From Anaerolineae bacterium (GTDB taxonomy: Bacteria; Chloroflexota; Anaerolineae; UBA1429): a stretch of DNA of 64,000 nucleotides. Each line of letters opens with the position of its first letter. Positions within the stretch are counted from its first letter, which is position 1. The stretch is taken from contig JAXGPZ010000001.1 in assembly GCA_040766725.1 (NCBI GenBank), positions 2,721,529 through 2,785,528 on the forward strand, in the 5' to 3' direction. The notes beneath the pieces are model-generated. The model made no database searches, had not been told where the DNA came from, and was given only the letters and a program-made list of their open reading frames with translations. Of the stretch, positions 30,054 through 40,017 are shown one piece after another. A program made the position numbers and the translations under genes.

Positions 30054-31202
30054 CTGCTCGTGGCTCCTCTGGCGCCAGTCGCAAAAGGCCTGCGCCAGGT
30101 TGGCCGTGCAGCCGCCGTGGGCAGTGCAGAGCAGCTCGACCCCCTCGATGGCCGCCAGCCTGCGGATGGAGGCCAGATGCGCCTCCATGTCCATGATGAA
30201 CACCTTGAGCACCCGACAGGCCCGGCCATTCTTGAGGTTCAGGGCATCGCCCACAAAGAGCATCGTGCCATCGATCAGGTAGGCCAGCGAGCCGGGCGTG
30301 TGGCCCGGCGCAGCGATGACGCGCACCTCGCGGCCGGCGATGGCGAGGGTTTCGCCGTCATCCAGCAGATGGAGCGGTCGTGGAATGGGGGCGTTGTGGT
30401 GGCCCGGCGTGCGTGCCAGCCTGCCATCGAGCAGCGGCAGTTCAGCGCGGCCCAGGTGCACACGCGCCCGAGGAAAGGCCGCCAGACCGCCTACGTGGTC
30501 GGGATCGCAGTGAGTGAGCAGCACATCGCTGACACGCTCGCCGTCGATGCCCAGCCGCGCGAGCTGGCGCCGCAGCAGGTGCGGCTGCTGGCCGGCATCG
30601 ATGGCGAGATAGCCCGTTTCGGTCGCGACGATGAACAGGCTGGCCGTCAGGTTGTGGATGCCCCACACGCCGGACTCCACGCAACCGGTGCGCAGCGGCG
30701 CCGCAAAGGGCAGGCGACCCCGCGATAGTCGCGGTATCAGGCAGGGCGTGCGGGCGGCATAGCGCGCCCAGGCGGCGCCGTACCGCCGCGCCAGCAGCCG
30801 CTCCTCGCGGCGCACCAGCAGGCGCGCCATCGCCAGGGCGAGCAGGGGCACCAACAGCATCACCCACGACCGCCACAAGAGGCACAGGCCGGTCAGGGTA
30901 AAGCAGATCGCATTGCCATACATGGGGTGGCGGCACAGGCGATAGACGCCCTCAGTCAGTAGAATGCCCTGAGGCTGGCAGGCCGCCAGCAGTCGCGCCG
31001 TCGCCAGCCAGAGCGGCAGGCTAACACCGATCAGGGCCCCGCCCAGGGCATAGAGAGGGGCCGCCGGCACCATGCCGATCAGCGAGCGCGGCCAGAGAGC
31101 GACGTGCAGAGCGTGCCCAAGCAACCCGGCCAGGGCCGTGAGCAGGAACAGCGTCGGGCCGACGCCACGTTCGGGCAGCGATCTGGGCATGGACAGTTCC
31201 AT
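30045..31202 (-). CDS. fusion protein: ICMT/phospholipid-methyltransferase-like membrane domain plus MBL-fold metallo-hydrolase domain
   Basis: EGVYRLCRHPMYGNAI (ICMT family) at the N-terminus. THCDPDHVGG and the GHTPGS metal-binding blocks at the C-terminus. Confidence 0.65.
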   Translation of the reverse strand: MELSMPRSLPERGVGPTLFLLTALAGLLGHALHVALWPRSLIGMVPAAPLYALGGALIGVSLPLWLATARLLAACQPQGILLTEGVYRLCRHPMYGNAICFTLTGLCLLWRSWVMLLVPLLALAMARLLVRREERLLARRYGAAWARYAARTPCLIPRLSRGRLPFAAPLRTGCVESGVWGIHNLTASLFIVATETGYLAIDAGQQPHLLRRQLARLGIDGERVSDVLLTHCDPDHVGGLAAFPRARVHLGRAELPLLDGRLARTPGHHNAPIPRPLHLLDDGETLAIAGREVRVIAAPGHTPGSLAYLIDGTMLFVGDALNLKNGRACRVLKVFIMDMEAHLASIRRLAAIEGVELLCTAHGGCTANLAQAFCDWRQRSHEQLG

Positions 31203-31264
31203 GAGGTCAGCCGGAATATCGCCAGCGGGCCGCGCAGACGTGCACGGCCCGCTGGCTCTGCGAT

Positions 31265-32740
31265 CTACTCGCTCTCGGTCGAGGCCGTCTGGTCGTCTGC
31301 CTTTGCCGCGGGCCTGGCATCGCTCGCTGCGGCTGCAGGCTCTTCGCGCACCTTGCCCAGATAGTCGGGCAGCTCCAGCCCGGCCAGACGGGCCACATCA
31401 TGCATAGGCGGCAAGGCCCCGATGACGCGCTTGCCCAGGTTCGACAGGCCACCATCGCCGCTGCCGCTGTCCCACACGATGACCTTGTCGAGCGGCAGGT
31501 TCTTGATAGCCTCGGCCTGCACCCTGGCCACATCCACCAGGCGCTCGACCACCAGGAACGAGGCGGCCTGAGCGGCGCCCTCGCTGGCCTGGACCAGCTC
31601 GCGATAGCCCAGCGCCTTGGCTTCGAGCACGGCTTGGGCGCCCTCGGCCTCGGCCAGCAGCCGCAGCTTGATGGCCTCAGCCTGGCCTTGCGCCACGCGG
31701 ATCTGCCGCTCGCGCTCGGCATCGGCGCTCACCAGAATGCTGCTGCGCTCGGCCTCGGCGGGCACCACCACCTCAGCGCGCAGCCGGGCCTCTTCGCGAG
31801 TGGCCCGGGCCTGTTCAGCAGCGCGCTGGGCGTTCTGCTCGGCCACACGAATGGCGCCGTCAGCCACACGGCCGGCCTCTTCGCCACGCCGGCGCGCCTC
31901 CTGCTCGGCCACGTGCTGGTCGGCCAGATAGGCGGCCCGTTTGGAAAGGTTGACGGTCTCAACCTGCACCGCCTCGGCGTCATACTCGGCTGTGCGGCTA
32001 CGTCGATCGCGCTCGGCTACCTTTTCGCCGATCACGGCCTCGGCCTCAGCGGCTGCCACTGCACGGCGGCGGTCGCGCTCGCGCTCGGCCACGCCGGTCT
32101 CGCCGCGCTTTTCCTGCTCGGCCACATCGACGTTGGCCTGGTTGATCGCCTCGGCGGCGGCCTTGCGGCCCAGCGCCTCGATGTAGCCACTCTCGTCCTG
32201 GATGTCACGGATGTTCACGTTGATCACCGTCACACCGATCTTTTCGAGCTCGGTGGAGACCGCATCGTTCACTTTGGCCATAAAGGCCTGGCGGTCGCGG
32301 TTGATCTCTTCGATGGCCATGGTGGCGATCACCGCGCGCATCTGGCCCAGGATGATATCCTGCACCTGGTTCCTGATCTCGTCCTGCGTCAGCCCCAGCA
32401 GACGCACGGCAGCATTCTGCATGAGCCCCTCGTCGATAGAGATGGCCGCGGTGACGGTGGTGGGCACCGATACGCGGATGTTCTCTTGCGACAGGGCGTT
32501 GGTGAGCTCGATGGGCACCACAAACGGCTCGAGATCGAGGTAGGCATAGTCTTGCAACAAGGGCCACACAAAGGCCGCGCCGCCATGGATGGTCTTGGCA
32601 GCGCCACGGCCGGTCTTGCCATAGATCACCAGAATGCGGTTAGAGGGACAGCGTCGATAGCGCCCCACCAGAGTGGCAAAGAGCGCGACAACGATCAGCG
32701 CCAGAATAAGTGCCAGAATCAGCCAGGTCGCTCCCATCAT
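31265..32740 (-). CDS. flotillin-like SPFH/band-7 protein (YqiK-type)
   Basis: N-terminal TM segment, then an SPFH domain, then a long Ala/Glu/Arg-rich coiled coil. Confidence 0.85.
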   Translation of the reverse strand: MMGATWLILALILALIVVALFATLVGRYRRCPSNRILVIYGKTGRGAAKTIHGGAAFVWPLLQDYAYLDLEPFVVPIELTNALSQENIRVSVPTTVTAAISIDEGLMQNAAVRLLGLTQDEIRNQVQDIILGQMRAVIATMAIEEINRDRQAFMAKVNDAVSTELEKIGVTVINVNIRDIQDESGYIEALGRKAAAEAINQANVDVAEQEKRGETGVAERERDRRRAVAAAEAEAVIGEKVAERDRRSRTAEYDAEAVQVETVNLSKRAAYLADQHVAEQEARRRGEEAGRVADGAIRVAEQNAQRAAEQARATREEARLRAEVVVPAEAERSSILVSADAERERQIRVAQGQAEAIKLRLLAEAEGAQAVLEAKALGYRELVQASEGAAQAASFLVVERLVDVARVQAEAIKNLPLDKVIVWDSGSGDGGLSNLGKRVIGALPPMHDVARLAGLELPDYLGKVREEPAAAASDARPAAKADDQTASTESE

Positions 32741-32745
32741 GCCTC

Positions 32746-33354
32746 CTATGCAGTCTCTTGCACCAACAGTGTGGCGCCATCGGCCACGCCAACGACCTTG
32801 ACCGCGCAGCCAACGGCGAGGGCAGCGCCGTCAACGCTACGGGCCTTGACGAACCGCACCTGCCCGCCCAGCAGCACGCGCACCTGGCCCGTGCCGCCGG
32901 CGGGGATGGCGATATAGACCTCGCCGCTCTGCCCCACAGCGCTATGCGCCCGACCGGTGCCCTCTTCGGTAAGCCGCGGCAGCATCCAAAAGAACGCACC
33001 CACCACCACCATTCCGGCCAGGCCCCACAGCAGCGCTCGGCCCAGCGCAGCGCCGACGGCCAGCCCCTGACCCAGGTAAAGCGCGCCGGCCCAGCTAAAA
33101 AGCAGCGCAAAGGCGAGCAGCGAGCGAATCGATAGCAGGCGAAAGACGTCCAACCCGTGGACGTCGCTGATGAGGTCGGTGTGAGGGGTGGAGCCCACCT
33201 CAAACTGGTGGGCGGCATCGATCGAGTGGCCGCCGTCGCCGCCCACACCCGACAGGGCCGCGAAGAACTGCCACAGAAAGACGACGCTGAAGAAGAGCGC
33301 CACGGCGACAAAGGTCTGCGCCAACGCCGACAGGCTCGACCACCAGGCGATCAT
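32746..33354 (-). CDS. NfeD-like membrane protein (YqiJ-type partner of flotillin)
   Basis: Membrane N-terminus plus a C-terminal OB-like beta domain. Lies immediately upstream of the flotillin gene. Confidence 0.7.
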   Translation of the reverse strand: MIAWWSSLSALAQTFVAVALFFSVVFLWQFFAALSGVGGDGGHSIDAAHQFEVGSTPHTDLISDVHGLDVFRLLSIRSLLAFALLFSWAGALYLGQGLAVGAALGRALLWGLAGMVVVGAFFWMLPRLTEEGTGRAHSAVGQSGEVYIAIPAGGTGQVRVLLGGQVRFVKARSVDGAALAVGCAVKVVGVADGATLLVQETA

Positions 33355-33429
33355 GGCTTCCTCCAGATGGCATCTCGCCAGCAGCCATTATACCGCCAGG
33401 CGTGGAGAGGATCAACCGTTGCGGGGCTG

Positions 33430-34710
33430 CTACCGCCCGACCAGGCGTATCCAGACATGCTGCAGGCTTCGCTTCAGCCCCTGCCAGGCGCCGGCATGTT
33501 CGGGCTGCAGCTCAAAGGCGCCCAGATCGCCTGGCCCCCTCTTGCCGGCCAGGCTGAGATAGGGCGCAAAGCGGGGCTGGCCGCGAGCGTCGGTCTGCGG
33601 CGCCGTGTTATCATGGGGCACGCGGTCGATGGCCGCGCTGCCGGGCAAGAGCGCCACCACCGGCACCTGGCCGCCCATGTCGCCGAACTCGCCGAGATGC
33701 GCCGCCCCATACAGCGCCCCCGCAACCCGTCCATCGGCCACCAGGTTGGGGCCGTCGAGCAGCAGGTCGAGCTCTTCGTCGGCGCCACTGCGGGGCGCCA
33801 TCACCAGGTCGCCGCCCTGATTCTCTGCAAAGAGGCCGGCGCCCGTCTTGAGCAGGCCAGCGACATAGGCGCCGCCCGCGGCTGCGACGCGGTTGCGCGC
33901 CACCGTGCAGTGATCCAGATGCGCTTCGCCATACACAACCAAGCCGCCGCCCCTGGCGCGCGCCTCGTTGTCGGTCAGAGTGACGTTGCTGAGCCACGCC
34001 TTGGCGGCCCTGGCCAGATGGATGCCGCCGCCCGAAAGCTGGGCGCGGTTGTTCGACAGGGTACAGTCGCGCATGCTGAGGCTGCTGCCGTCCACGCTGA
34101 GCACGCCCCCGCCCGAACCGGCCAGCTCAGCGCCTGCCGCCCCGTCAGCGGCGTTGTCGTCGAGCCAGCAGCGGGTCAGGAGCGCCTCGCCGCGGTTGAG
34201 CAGGGCGCCGCCCATCCAGGCCAACCCGTCGCGCAGCTCACAGTCATGGGCTGCGAGGCGTCCCTCGTTGAGCACCAGCCCGCCTCCCTCGCCGGCCGTT
34301 ACACGGCCGTGCTGCAAGGTCAGGCCATGCAGAATGAGCTGCCCGCCAGAACGCACCCAAAAGAGCCGGTCGCTGGCCACGGCTGCGCGGTCGCCAGCCT
34401 GCAGGGCAGTGCCTCCTGCGCTCGGCCCGTGGATGACCACTCGCCGGTCGATGATCAGGCCCGCCGCCTCATACAGGGGGTCGCTCAACAGCAGCTCATC
34501 GGCGCCGGCCGACAGGGCCGCAGCCAGCGTCGCATAGTCGCAGCCTGTGGCGCACACGGTCACGCTATGAGTGGGCGTCGGCGTGGGCGGCGGGTCTTGC
34601 GCGGCGACGGGCGCAACGCCGATCGTCGCCAGCGCGAGCCAGCCGCTCAGCAGAGCGCCAGATAGCAGAATGCGACCGAACCGGCCCGAGTGTCTGCACT
34701 CTTTAGCCAT
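33430..34710 (-). CDS. secreted right-handed parallel beta-helix repeat protein
   Basis: Signal peptide, a Pro/Thr linker, and a repetitive GGG/L..N beta-helix rung pattern. Confidence 0.6.
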   Translation of the reverse strand: MAKECRHSGRFGRILLSGALLSGWLALATIGVAPVAAQDPPPTPTPTHSVTVCATGCDYATLAAALSAGADELLLSDPLYEAAGLIIDRRVVIHGPSAGGTALQAGDRAAVASDRLFWVRSGGQLILHGLTLQHGRVTAGEGGGLVLNEGRLAAHDCELRDGLAWMGGALLNRGEALLTRCWLDDNAADGAAGAELAGSGGGVLSVDGSSLSMRDCTLSNNRAQLSGGGIHLARAAKAWLSNVTLTDNEARARGGGLVVYGEAHLDHCTVARNRVAAAGGAYVAGLLKTGAGLFAENQGGDLVMAPRSGADEELDLLLDGPNLVADGRVAGALYGAAHLGEFGDMGGQVPVVALLPGSAAIDRVPHDNTAPQTDARGQPRFAPYLSLAGKRGPGDLGAFELQPEHAGAWQGLKRSLQHVWIRLVGR

Positions 34711-34850
34711 ATGGCGCCATGGTAGGCGCACTGGGCGACCTCGGCAAGCGCAGCCCCTCTGTGGCAGCCCTGCATTTGCTTTTCCGGCTGGTGCATCGTG
34801 AACATGCTGTGTAGAATAGCGCGCGTCGACACCCATTGCAGGAGGATGAC

Positions 34851-35519
34851 ATGAAGGACCCGTTTCGTCAGGCCGAAGCGCACTACCAGCAGCTCACCAA
34901 CGCGCTGACGGCCGGACAGATCAGCCCCGAGGAGTTCACCAGCCGCCTGGCCGCAATCCGCGTGACCGACGCCCAGGGCCGCATCTGGATGCTGCAGCAG
35001 GGCAGCGGCCGCTGGTTCGTGTGGCAAGATGGCCAGTGGCAGGCGGCTTCGCCCTACCCGGCGGCGCCCAGTGCGCCGACTCGGGCGCAAGTGGCGGGCT
35101 ACCCGCAGGCGCTGCCCCCGCTAGAGGGCGGCTGGGGCAAGCTCTGGGCCGGCACCATCAAGGCGTTGCTCATCGCGGTGGTGATCTTTGCCGTCATCGG
35201 CGTGCTCATCGCCACTTTTGCCGACGACTTTGCCTACGGCGATATCCCCAAGGTGATGATCGCGCCGGTGCTGTTGGCGACCGTGATCAGCTTTTGCACG
35301 CTGAGCGGCCAGTGGCGCGGGCGCATCGTCGAGTTCGGCACCAAGCGCGTGCGCGAGACCGACGACGATGACGGAACGGTGAGCTATCGCCACGTCGCCT
35401 ACGCCCGGCTGCAGTTGGAGAACGGCCGCACCAAAGATGTCAGTCCATCCAACGACTGGGAAGTGGGCGACATCATCGAAAAGCGCCGCGGTGAGATGCA
35501 CACCAAAAAGGTGGGTTGA
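34851..35519 (+). CDS. hypothetical protein with one TM segment
   Basis: AGGAGG before ATG at 34851. Confidence 0.5.
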   Translation: MKDPFRQAEAHYQQLTNALTAGQISPEEFTSRLAAIRVTDAQGRIWMLQQGSGRWFVWQDGQWQAASPYPAAPSAPTRAQVAGYPQALPPLEGGWGKLWAGTIKALLIAVVIFAVIGVLIATFADDFAYGDIPKVMIAPVLLATVISFCTLSGQWRGRIVEFGTKRVRETDDDDGTVSYRHVAYARLQLENGRTKDVSPSNDWEVGDIIEKRRGEMHTKKVG

Positions 35520-35638
35520 CATCGCCGGCGCCACTGCCAACCGCGCGGGGTAGCGGCAATTGGGCGCCCACCTCAGGCACCCAACGTGGCCGCCAGCGAG
35601 TCTCTGGCGGCCACCACCCTCGATAGGGCGCACGCCCG

Positions 35639-36133
35639 CTAGGCCCCTGCCACCACCTGTCGCGCCCAGGCCGCGGCGCGATCGAGTTCGCCCTCTTTGA
35701 GCGGCCCTTCGGATGCGGCCACGAAAAAGCCCATCGCGGGCGCCGCCTCGTGTCCGCCCCGGGCTGCCAGCCCTTTGGCGATCTTTTCAGCCGCCCAGCC
35801 GAACAACTTGACCATAAAGCGCAGCACGGCCGAGTTGGCGTCTTGAGGCGAGATGCGCGTGTCAAAGGCGGCCACGGCCACGCCGCCCAGGGCGCCCGCC
35901 GGTAGGTCCCGCAGCCATTGCGCCACCCCCGGCGAAGGCCGAAAGGCGCGTGTGGGCGCGCCCACCACCAGCAACTGCAGCCCTGCCAGGTCGGCCGGCG
36001 ACACCTCACTCACCTTGCGAACGGCCACGGCCCCTGGCTCGCCGACGGCCGCCGCGCCTATGGCGACGCCCACGGCGTTGGCCACCCGCTCGGTGTTGCC
36101 AAAGAAGGACTCGTAGACCACCAGTGCCTGCAT
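35639..36133 (-). CDS. flavodoxin-like fold protein
   Basis: GAGGAGTG before ATG at 36133. MQALVVYESFFGNTERVA flavodoxin-like N-terminus. Confidence 0.65.
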   Translation of the reverse strand: MQALVVYESFFGNTERVANAVGVAIGAAAVGEPGAVAVRKVSEVSPADLAGLQLLVVGAPTRAFRPSPGVAQWLRDLPAGALGGVAVAAFDTRISPQDANSAVLRFMVKLFGWAAEKIAKGLAARGGHEAAPAMGFFVAASEGPLKEGELDRAAAWARQVVAGA

Positions 36134-36326
36134 CTCATTCACTCCTCTGCGCTGCCCCGCCATGCTGCCGGGCTTTCGCTCCAAAAGGCCGCACGCAGAC
36201 ACTGTACTGCGACCTGAGCGCGGTGTAAAGATGCCTGCAGGCGCGCCGGCTTTACGCGCGAATCTTTGTAGGCACCGCAGTTTCGCAGTATGCTCATGTC
36301 GGTGTGGTGGTTGGTGGAGGTGTGTC

Positions 36327-37460
36327 ATGTCGACGAACGAGTCGTCGCGATGCGTCCTCGAGGGAGTGCCGCCCGTCGCCTTTTACCCGCAGATCAGGGC
36401 GCTCGACAAGGTCGAACGCTGCCCCGAGGACATCCCCTATCCCTCGTGCCTGCGAGCTGCCCTGGAATACATGGGCGATCCGGTGGGCTGCGAACATCTG
36501 GCCTTTGACACCCCCTGTCGCACCCAGTGCGGCTATGCCCATCTGGTGGGGGTGTGCGGCGCCGCCTTCAAGCTCAACTGGGCGCCGGGCTGGCAGGGCG
36601 ACAACGTCGAAATCATGTACATGTCTGATGACCCCTGGGCGCCCTTTGAGCGCAGCGCACGCCACATCGGCTGGCAGATGCGCTACTTCGATCGGCGCAC
36701 AGACGATGAGGCGAGTTTTCGCACGGCGATCGTAAGCAGTATCCGCGGCCTGGGTCGGCCGTTGATCGCCTTTGGCCCCATCGGGCCGCCCGAGGCCAGC
36801 CTGGTGTGTGGCTATGATGAAGGTGGCGACGTGCTCATCGGTTGGAGCTACTTTCAGCGTGACTTTGGGAACGTGCCCCCGGTCGACACCGAGCCCAACG
36901 GCATGTACCGCCTGCGCGACTGGTACGCCGGCACCCAGGCCCTGGCGGTGTTCCAGGGGCAAGTCGCCAGGCCAGCGCTGCGCGAGACCTACATCGACAG
37001 CCTGCGCTTTGGGCTCGAGGTGATGCGCAGCGCCATCACCTGGGGCAACAAGGCCAACGGCATCGCCGCGTTCGATGCCTGGATGGCCGACCTGCTGGAC
37101 GACGCCATCTTTGGCGCCGCCGACGCCGCCCTGCAGTGGCGGCTCTACGATGCCCACAACAACAACGTGGGCTGGCTGGCCGAAGCGCGCTGGTACGGCT
37201 CTCTGTTCCTGCGCGAGGCGGCTGTGGCCGCGCCCGAGCTCATCGGCCTCGAAGAGGCCGCCGACTGCTTCAAGCACGAGCATGATCTGATGTGGGATGT
37301 CTGGGGAGCGGTGGGCGGCAATGGCCGCGATCAGGACAAGGTGGCCATGCTGATGCAGCCGCGCGTGCGGCGGCAGGTTGTGGCGCTGCTCGAGCAGAGC
37401 CGCGAATGGGACGTGCGCGCCGCTCGGCTCATCGCCGGGGCGCTCGCAAGGGTGGCCTAG
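36327..37460 (+). CDS. hypothetical protein (possibly BtrH-N/DUF4872-like)
   Basis: GGAGG before ATG at 36327. 378 aa. No firm family call. Confidence 0.5.
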   Translation: MSTNESSRCVLEGVPPVAFYPQIRALDKVERCPEDIPYPSCLRAALEYMGDPVGCEHLAFDTPCRTQCGYAHLVGVCGAAFKLNWAPGWQGDNVEIMYMSDDPWAPFERSARHIGWQMRYFDRRTDDEASFRTAIVSSIRGLGRPLIAFGPIGPPEASLVCGYDEGGDVLIGWSYFQRDFGNVPPVDTEPNGMYRLRDWYAGTQALAVFQGQVARPALRETYIDSLRFGLEVMRSAITWGNKANGIAAFDAWMADLLDDAIFGAADAALQWRLYDAHNNNVGWLAEARWYGSLFLREAAVAAPELIGLEEAADCFKHEHDLMWDVWGAVGGNGRDQDKVAMLMQPRVRRQVVALLEQSREWDVRAARLIAGALARVA

Positions 37461-37514
37461 CGCCACACGTGCCAGGGGCCGGGCATAGCCGGCCCCTGGC
37501 CGCGGTCTGCGACC

Positions 37515-37976
37515 CTACTGGGCGATAGGCAGAAACAGGTCGAGCACGAACTGATCGTCGTTCCAGATGTCGATGTGCTCTTCGAGCCACTGGTGGCTGC
37601 CAAAGCGATAGTGCGTGCCGTTGCGCCAGGCCCCCAGGCGCTCCCACACCTCACCGATGATGGCGACACCCACGCAGCGCGTGACGGCATAGAGGCCACC
37701 GCCGAACTGCTTGACCTGAACGCCCTCGCCCGGGTCCTCGCCGGGGTCCAGCGTCATCCAGAACTCGTAGCCATAGTTCGGGCTGCCCGGTGACGGACTG
37801 GGGTTGTTGAACCCGAACACGAGCCGGCCCGAGTTCGGCTGCAGCAGGCCTCGTGGGCGCGCCCAGGCAGCCAGTTTTTCATGGGCAACGCCCTCGGGCG
37901 CTGCGCCATAGCCGTAAAAGCTCGCCACCCGCATGGGCGACAGGGTTACGATGCGGACGTTGAACTGCATAGACAT
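37515..37976 (-). CDS. GyrI-like small-molecule-binding domain protein
   Basis: 153 aa, AraC-effector/GyrI-like fold pattern. Divergent from the WYL regulator. Confidence 0.7.
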   Translation of the reverse strand: MSMQFNVRIVTLSPMRVASFYGYGAAPEGVAHEKLAAWARPRGLLQPNSGRLVFGFNNPSPSPGSPNYGYEFWMTLDPGEDPGEGVQVKQFGGGLYAVTRCVGVAIIGEVWERLGAWRNGTHYRFGSHQWLEEHIDIWNDDQFVLDLFLPIAQ

Positions 37977-37989
37977 GGCGTCCTCCTCG

Positions 37990-38110
37990 CGAACATAACG
38001 CGACCGTTACCTCGTTGCGCAACATCTGCATGATGTCACATCATACCTGACATCTACTGTCATGATTTTGTGCTATGATGGCCATGCATCGAGATCGTCG
38101 CATACTTGAG
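37990..38110. promoter_or_regulatory. AT-rich divergent promoter region with inverted repeats (ATGATG-tca-CATCAT, TGACA-tctac-TGTCA, TCATGA) and an extended -10 (TGcTATGAT)
   Basis: Local GC drop between the GyrI-like and WYL genes. The palindromes are candidate operator sites. Confidence 0.45.
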
Positions 38111-38118
38111 GAGGGCCC

Positions 38119-39102
38119 GTGCGCGCCGACCGCCTGCTGGCACTGCTGATGCTCCTGCAGTCGCGCGGCAAGATGACCGCCGCGGCGCTCGCGCAAGAGC
38201 TGGAGGTGTCAGAGCGCACGATCTACCGCGACGTCGACGCACTGAGCATGGCGGGCGTGCCGGTGGTGGCCGAGCGTGGCCCGGGCGGGGGCTGCAGCCT
38301 GCTCGAGGGCTACCGCAGCGACCTGACCGGCCTCACCGCCACCGAGGCGAGCGCGCTGGCCGTGCTGGCGGTGCCTGCGCCGCTCGAGCAGCTCGGCCTG
38401 GGCGGCGCCCTGCGACAGGCGTTGCTCAAGGTGGTGGCCTCACAGAGCACCGGCCGGCCGCCGGCGCGGCTCTATCTCGACCCGGAGCCGTGGGGCAACG
38501 AGGCACAGCCGGCCGTGCCGCTGCTGGCCGAAGTCTATGGCGCCGTGAACGCCGGCCAGCGCCTGCGCGTGGCCCGACCTGGCCCGCGTGGCGAACGCCT
38601 GTGGCTCGACCTGGACCCCTATGGGCTGGTGTCCAAGGAGGGGCGCTGGTATCTGCTGGCGGGCATCGTGGCGCCCCGGGCTGACAGCGCCGCCGCTGGC
38701 CCGGCCACCGTGGTGTTGCGCGTCGACCATCTGCTGGCCGCCGAGCCGTTAGGCGTGCGCGCCATTCTGCCCGCTGATTTCGACCTCAAGGCATACTGGG
38801 AGCGGTCGTGGCGCGCATTGGTGGCCGACCAGCAGCCCTACTGGGCCAGCCTGCGCGTGCACACGGCGCTGATCGAGGGCTTGCGGCGCGAGTTTCGCGG
38901 GCAGCGCGCCGCCCTGGACAGAGCGCTGGCCGCCCAGGCCGACGGCTGGCTGACCGTCACGCTGCCCTTTGGCAGCCTCGAAGCCGCCCGAGCGCGCATC
39001 CTGCCGTGGGGCGGCGCCGCCGTGGTGCTGGCGCCCGAGTCGCTACGCCAGAGCGTCGCCGACTTTGCTCGTCAGGCCGCGGCAGCATATGAGCACGCGT
39101 GA
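38119..39102 (+). CDS. WYL-domain transcriptional regulator (HTH-WYL-WCX, YafY/BrxR-like)
   Basis: N-terminal HTH (MTAAALAQELEVSERTIYRDVDAL), WYL region (GRWYLLAG), and a C-terminal extension. Confidence 0.85.
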   Translation: MRADRLLALLMLLQSRGKMTAAALAQELEVSERTIYRDVDALSMAGVPVVAERGPGGGCSLLEGYRSDLTGLTATEASALAVLAVPAPLEQLGLGGALRQALLKVVASQSTGRPPARLYLDPEPWGNEAQPAVPLLAEVYGAVNAGQRLRVARPGPRGERLWLDLDPYGLVSKEGRWYLLAGIVAPRADSAAAGPATVVLRVDHLLAAEPLGVRAILPADFDLKAYWERSWRALVADQQPYWASLRVHTALIEGLRREFRGQRAALDRALAAQADGWLTVTLPFGSLEAARARILPWGGAAVVLAPESLRQSVADFARQAAAAYEHA

Positions 39103-39113
39103 GGCCGAGGCGC

Positions 39114-39740
39114 CTATTGGCCCACGCCGAGCACGTTGCGGGCATGGGCATCGACGGCGATGAACAGCTCGGGCAGGCGGTGGGCCTGTGCTGGGTCGGC
39201 CTCGTCTAGCGCGGCCCTGATGATGACGTTGCGATAGCGCCACATGACGCGCACATAGCCGCCGTTAGCCAGATTCTGGCAGGCGAAGAGCTCATCGGCC
39301 CAGTTCGAGCCCGATAGCAGGTCGCGCGCAGACTCGGGCTGGCAGCCGTGGCTCCGCAGCGATCGCTCGAGCCGGCGCGCGTCTTGCCGTGCCACTCCTG
39401 CGGTCGTGTAGCGCAGGGCCGCAATGCCGACGGCGCCGGTGATGGCCTGCGGGTCGTCCGCAGCCCGGACCGCATTGCCGACGTCCGGGATCAAGAGCTG
39501 TGCGCTGCCAGCAGGGCTGCCAGGCCGGTGATAGTGCGTGGTTTGCGCCTCGACCATCTGCGCCTGATCGCCATCGAGCTCCCAGGGCACGGTCTCGGTC
39601 ACATAGTCGGCAGGCGTCGGCAGGCCGGGCACCTGGGTGAGCGTCGCGACGTCGACGTCCACCACGGCGGGCTGACAGCCTGCCAGCGGCCATGTCGATA
39701 GCGCCGCCAGCAGCGCGATTGCGATCAGTCTGCGATGCAT
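39114..39740 (-). CDS. lipoprotein (signal peptide with lipobox LAGC)
   Basis: GGAGAG before ATG at 39740. MHRRLIAIALLAALSTWPLAGC. The upstream part of the 355-aa ORF is low-complexity. Confidence 0.55.
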   Translation of the reverse strand: MHRRLIAIALLAALSTWPLAGCQPAVVDVDVATLTQVPGLPTPADYVTETVPWELDGDQAQMVEAQTTHYHRPGSPAGSAQLLIPDVGNAVRAADDPQAITGAVGIAALRYTTAGVARQDARRLERSLRSHGCQPESARDLLSGSNWADELFACQNLANGGYVRVMWRYRNVIIRAALDEADPAQAHRLPELFIAVDAHARNVLGVGQ

Positions 39741-40017
39741 CGCTCTCCATCCTACGCAGTGTTGTGGCCGTCGGCCTTGCTCCATCGTATCGCCAACGGC
39801 CCCGGGCAGACTCGGCATGCTGCGCCGCCCGCGTGGGCTCAGCGCGCGTCGCGGCGCGACGATGCCCTGCTGCGCACACAGGCCGATGGCGCCTGGCCGT
39901 GGCAGGGCATGGATGTCCCCCAAGAGCAGCCGGTGAGCACCGGCAGGCCTGACTGGCCGCACGGACACGATCGCCCCACCTGGCCCGTTGCGGCCAGAGT
40001 GAGCGGTCGGCCCGCTG

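Noticed and set aside
31400-32917. 505-aa plus-strand ORF antisense to the flotillin gene
   Set aside because: G/L/A/H-rich low-complexity frame opposite a clear SPFH/flotillin gene.
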